DNA from: Dehalococcoidia bacterium
Lineage (GTDB): Bacteria; Chloroflexota; Dehalococcoidia; Lucifugimonadales; JAGWBF01
Length of the DNA: 24,000 nt
Direction: 5' to 3'
Assembly: GCA_965247055.1 (NCBI GenBank)
Contig: CBDFGE010000005.1
Location: 159,781-183,780, forward strand
Shown: positions 22,516 to 24,000 of the stretch, in pieces
Numbering within the stretch: the stretch's first letter is position 1
How the letters are laid out: each line of letters opens with the position of its first letter
Program-made: the position numbers and the translations under genes
The notes under the pieces: model-generated
What the model saw: the letters and a program-made list of their open reading frames with translations, nothing else
What the model was told of the DNA's origin: nothing
The model's database searches: none

Positions 22516-23412
22516 TCACTGGCCCGGCTGCTCGGCATCACCGAATCGCCGGTCCATCTCCTCTAGGAACTCCTCTACCTCCGGCGCGAGGGGCGTCTCC
22601 TCCTGTGATGAAGCCTCCTCGGCGTCGTACTGAGCCTCCATGCGGTTTATGAGGGACTTCAGCTCGGGGTTGCGTTCCAGCGCCTTCTCCAACTCTCCAT
22701 ACTGGCGCTGTCCCAAGGTGGCTGGCTGAAGGTCGGGGGGCAGGTCGTATATGGCCGAAAGCGCCTCCAGAAGGCGGGCTGCGCCTGCGTAATCCTCTTC
22801 TATCTGAAGGTACTGGGGGAGGTGGACCATAAAGGACATGGCGTCGACCTCCAGGTCCAGATTGGACAATCCGTCGGAGACGAGGTTCATGATACTGGTG
22901 GGACCCTGGTAGGTGTTCCTTCTCTTGCGGAGAGCGGTGGTGGTGTCTCTGGTCTGAACTCCGCCGGTGTCGCCGGTGACCAGCAACGGCCTTGTGTGGG
23001 GGACGGTGTCGTACATCGCCCCCACCCTGCAGTAGCGCCTGATTCCCATGAACTTGAGGACCGGGAGGACCGATTCGGCGTAGTCTTCGCCGAAGGCGTG
23101 GGGCTCCATCAGGTGGAGGAACAGGAAGTCGGGGCCTCCCTCGGGCTGGGCATAATGGATGAAGGTGTTGGGGACGGATATCTCCCGGCGTCCCTCTACC
23201 AGGCGGATGGTGGGGCGGTACCGGGTGAAGTCGAAGTAATTCCCCGGCCGCGCCAACTTTCCCAGCTCCTTGGCCCCGAAGTGGCGCTCCAAGCGTGCCA
23301 GGGCTACGCTGGCCACATTCCCCACGTCCACCCACGGCCTTACCATAGTAATGGCGTGGGGCTCCTGGAGCTGAGGAACAGGCTCGTGTAGTTCGAACGC
23401 TCCTACTCTCAT
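22516..23412 (-). CDS. PAC2-family (proteasome assembly chaperone 2-like) protein
   Basis: The pattern EL.EP......P..I...R.WVDVGNVAS.A...L........L......YFDF...RP resembles actinobacterial PAC2-family proteins, and there is an acidic C-terminal tail. Recognition is by eye only. Confidence 0.65.
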   Translation of the reverse strand: MRVGAFELHEPVPQLQEPHAITMVRPWVDVGNVASVALARLERHFGAKELGKLARPGNYFDFTRYRPTIRLVEGRREISVPNTFIHYAQPEGGPDFLFLHLMEPHAFGEDYAESVLPVLKFMGIRRYCRVGAMYDTVPHTRPLLVTGDTGGVQTRDTTTALRKRRNTYQGPTSIMNLVSDGLSNLDLEVDAMSFMVHLPQYLQIEEDYAGAARLLEALSAIYDLPPDLQPATLGQRQYGELEKALERNPELKSLINRMEAQYDAEEASSQEETPLAPEVEEFLEEMDRRFGDAEQPGQ

Positions 23413-23456
23413 GGCTTATATCTTGACAGATACGCACGGGGTTTTCAAGCGTGCCG

Positions 23457-24000
23457 CTACGTCAGCTGGGGTTTGACCTCTCTTGTGAACCGCTCCATGT
23501 TCTCCAGCTTCTGCTCGAGGCTCGCCCCTTCGAATCCGAATATGAAGTGCTCCACGCCAACCTGCTGGTAGAGCACTATGTCGGCCCCGACCTGCTCGGG
23601 CGTGCCCGTGAGGGTGGGCCTGCGCCCTGACTGTGGGGAGCTAAAGGAGAGCCCGGCGCTGAAGGCGATGTCCACCGCCTCCCGGGGACGCCCCGCGGCC
23701 TCGGACATGTCCCGGACCTGGTCGATGAGGTCCGCCATCTCCTCTGGCTCCAGCTCGGCGGGGGGCGCGAGGCCGATGGGCAGCCAGCCATCTCCCAGCC
23801 GGGCGGCCCGGCGTATGGCCGCGGGGCTATGCCCCCCTATCCAGATGGGCGGGTGTGGCTTCTGGACCGGCTTGGGGTAGAGTGTGATCCCGGAGAAGTG
23901 GTAATAGCGCCCCTGAAACTCCGGGTTCTCGCTGGTCCACAGCTCCTTGAACACCCGGATGTCCTCGTCGGTCACCTTGCCCCTGTTCGCGTAGGTGTCC
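23457..24000 (-). CDS. LLM-class (probably F420-dependent) oxidoreductase, C-terminal part (N-terminus lies beyond the right edge)
   Basis: The strings RGK.TDEDIRVFKELWT, F.G.YY.F, PKPVQKPHPPIWIGG, AAIRRAARLGDGW and GTPEQV are typical LLM C-terminal half strings. The frame stays open through position 24000, upstream of the listed GTG. Confidence 0.85.
   Translation of the reverse strand, partial: DTYANRGKVTDEDIRVFKELWTSENPEFQGRYYHFSGITLYPKPVQKPHPPIWIGGHSPAAIRRAARLGDGWLPIGLAPPAELEPEEMADLIDQVRDMSEAAGRPREAVDIAFSAGLSFSSPQSGRRPTLTGTPEQVGADIVLYQQVGVEHFIFGFEGASLEQKLENMERFTREVKPQLT

Noticed and set aside
22538-23437. 299-aa ORF on the same strand as the PAC2 gene but in another frame
   Set aside because: It has extremely Arg/Pro/Gly-rich composition, whereas the 298-aa frame has normal composition and family-like motifs.
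1-24000. CRISPR arrays, tRNA, rRNA or tmRNA genes
   Set aside because: No regularly spaced direct repeats and no T-loop (GGTTCGAATCC-like) or anticodon-arm patterns were seen in any intergenic region. This is visual inspection only, so small ncRNAs could be missed.

Overview
High-GC (about 60%) bacterial chromosomal window. Most starts have GGAGG-type Shine-Dalgarno sites. The gene content (LLM flavin oxidoreductases, amidohydrolases, PPOX flavoprotein, PAC2 protein, cyclase-STAND regulator) fits Chloroflexota or Actinomycetota, but I cannot assign taxonomy from sequence alone. There are three parts. (1) 1-5300 is a minus-strand cluster: NHL propeller, lipoprotein cytochrome c, small membrane protein and a 1031-aa cyclase/NTPase/TPR regulator. 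The regulator's N-terminal zinc ribbon sits out of frame behind a G6 tract. (2) 5400-11400 is housekeeping and catabolic: two amidohydrolases, a PPOX flavoprotein, a small secreted Cys protein and a DUF2061-cysH pair. The pair follows a near-consensus promoter and a leader that looks like a peptide-dependent attenuator. (3) 11400-16450 is an accessory patch. It holds an orphan ORF with an in-frame TGA followed by a SECIS-like GGUC hairpin, a truncated secreted propeller gene, adjacent IS256-family and IS3-family elements without target duplications, an extra IS-end fragment, and an acidic Cys-repeat protein. The remainder (16979-24000) encodes an LLM oxidoreductase, MscS channel, sirtuin, RecF, a hypothetical protein, a PAC2 protein and a second partial LLM gene. 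A palindromic intergenic repeat family occurs at least twice. I saw no rRNA, tRNA or CRISPR array. All function calls rest on motifs read by eye, and no database search was run.
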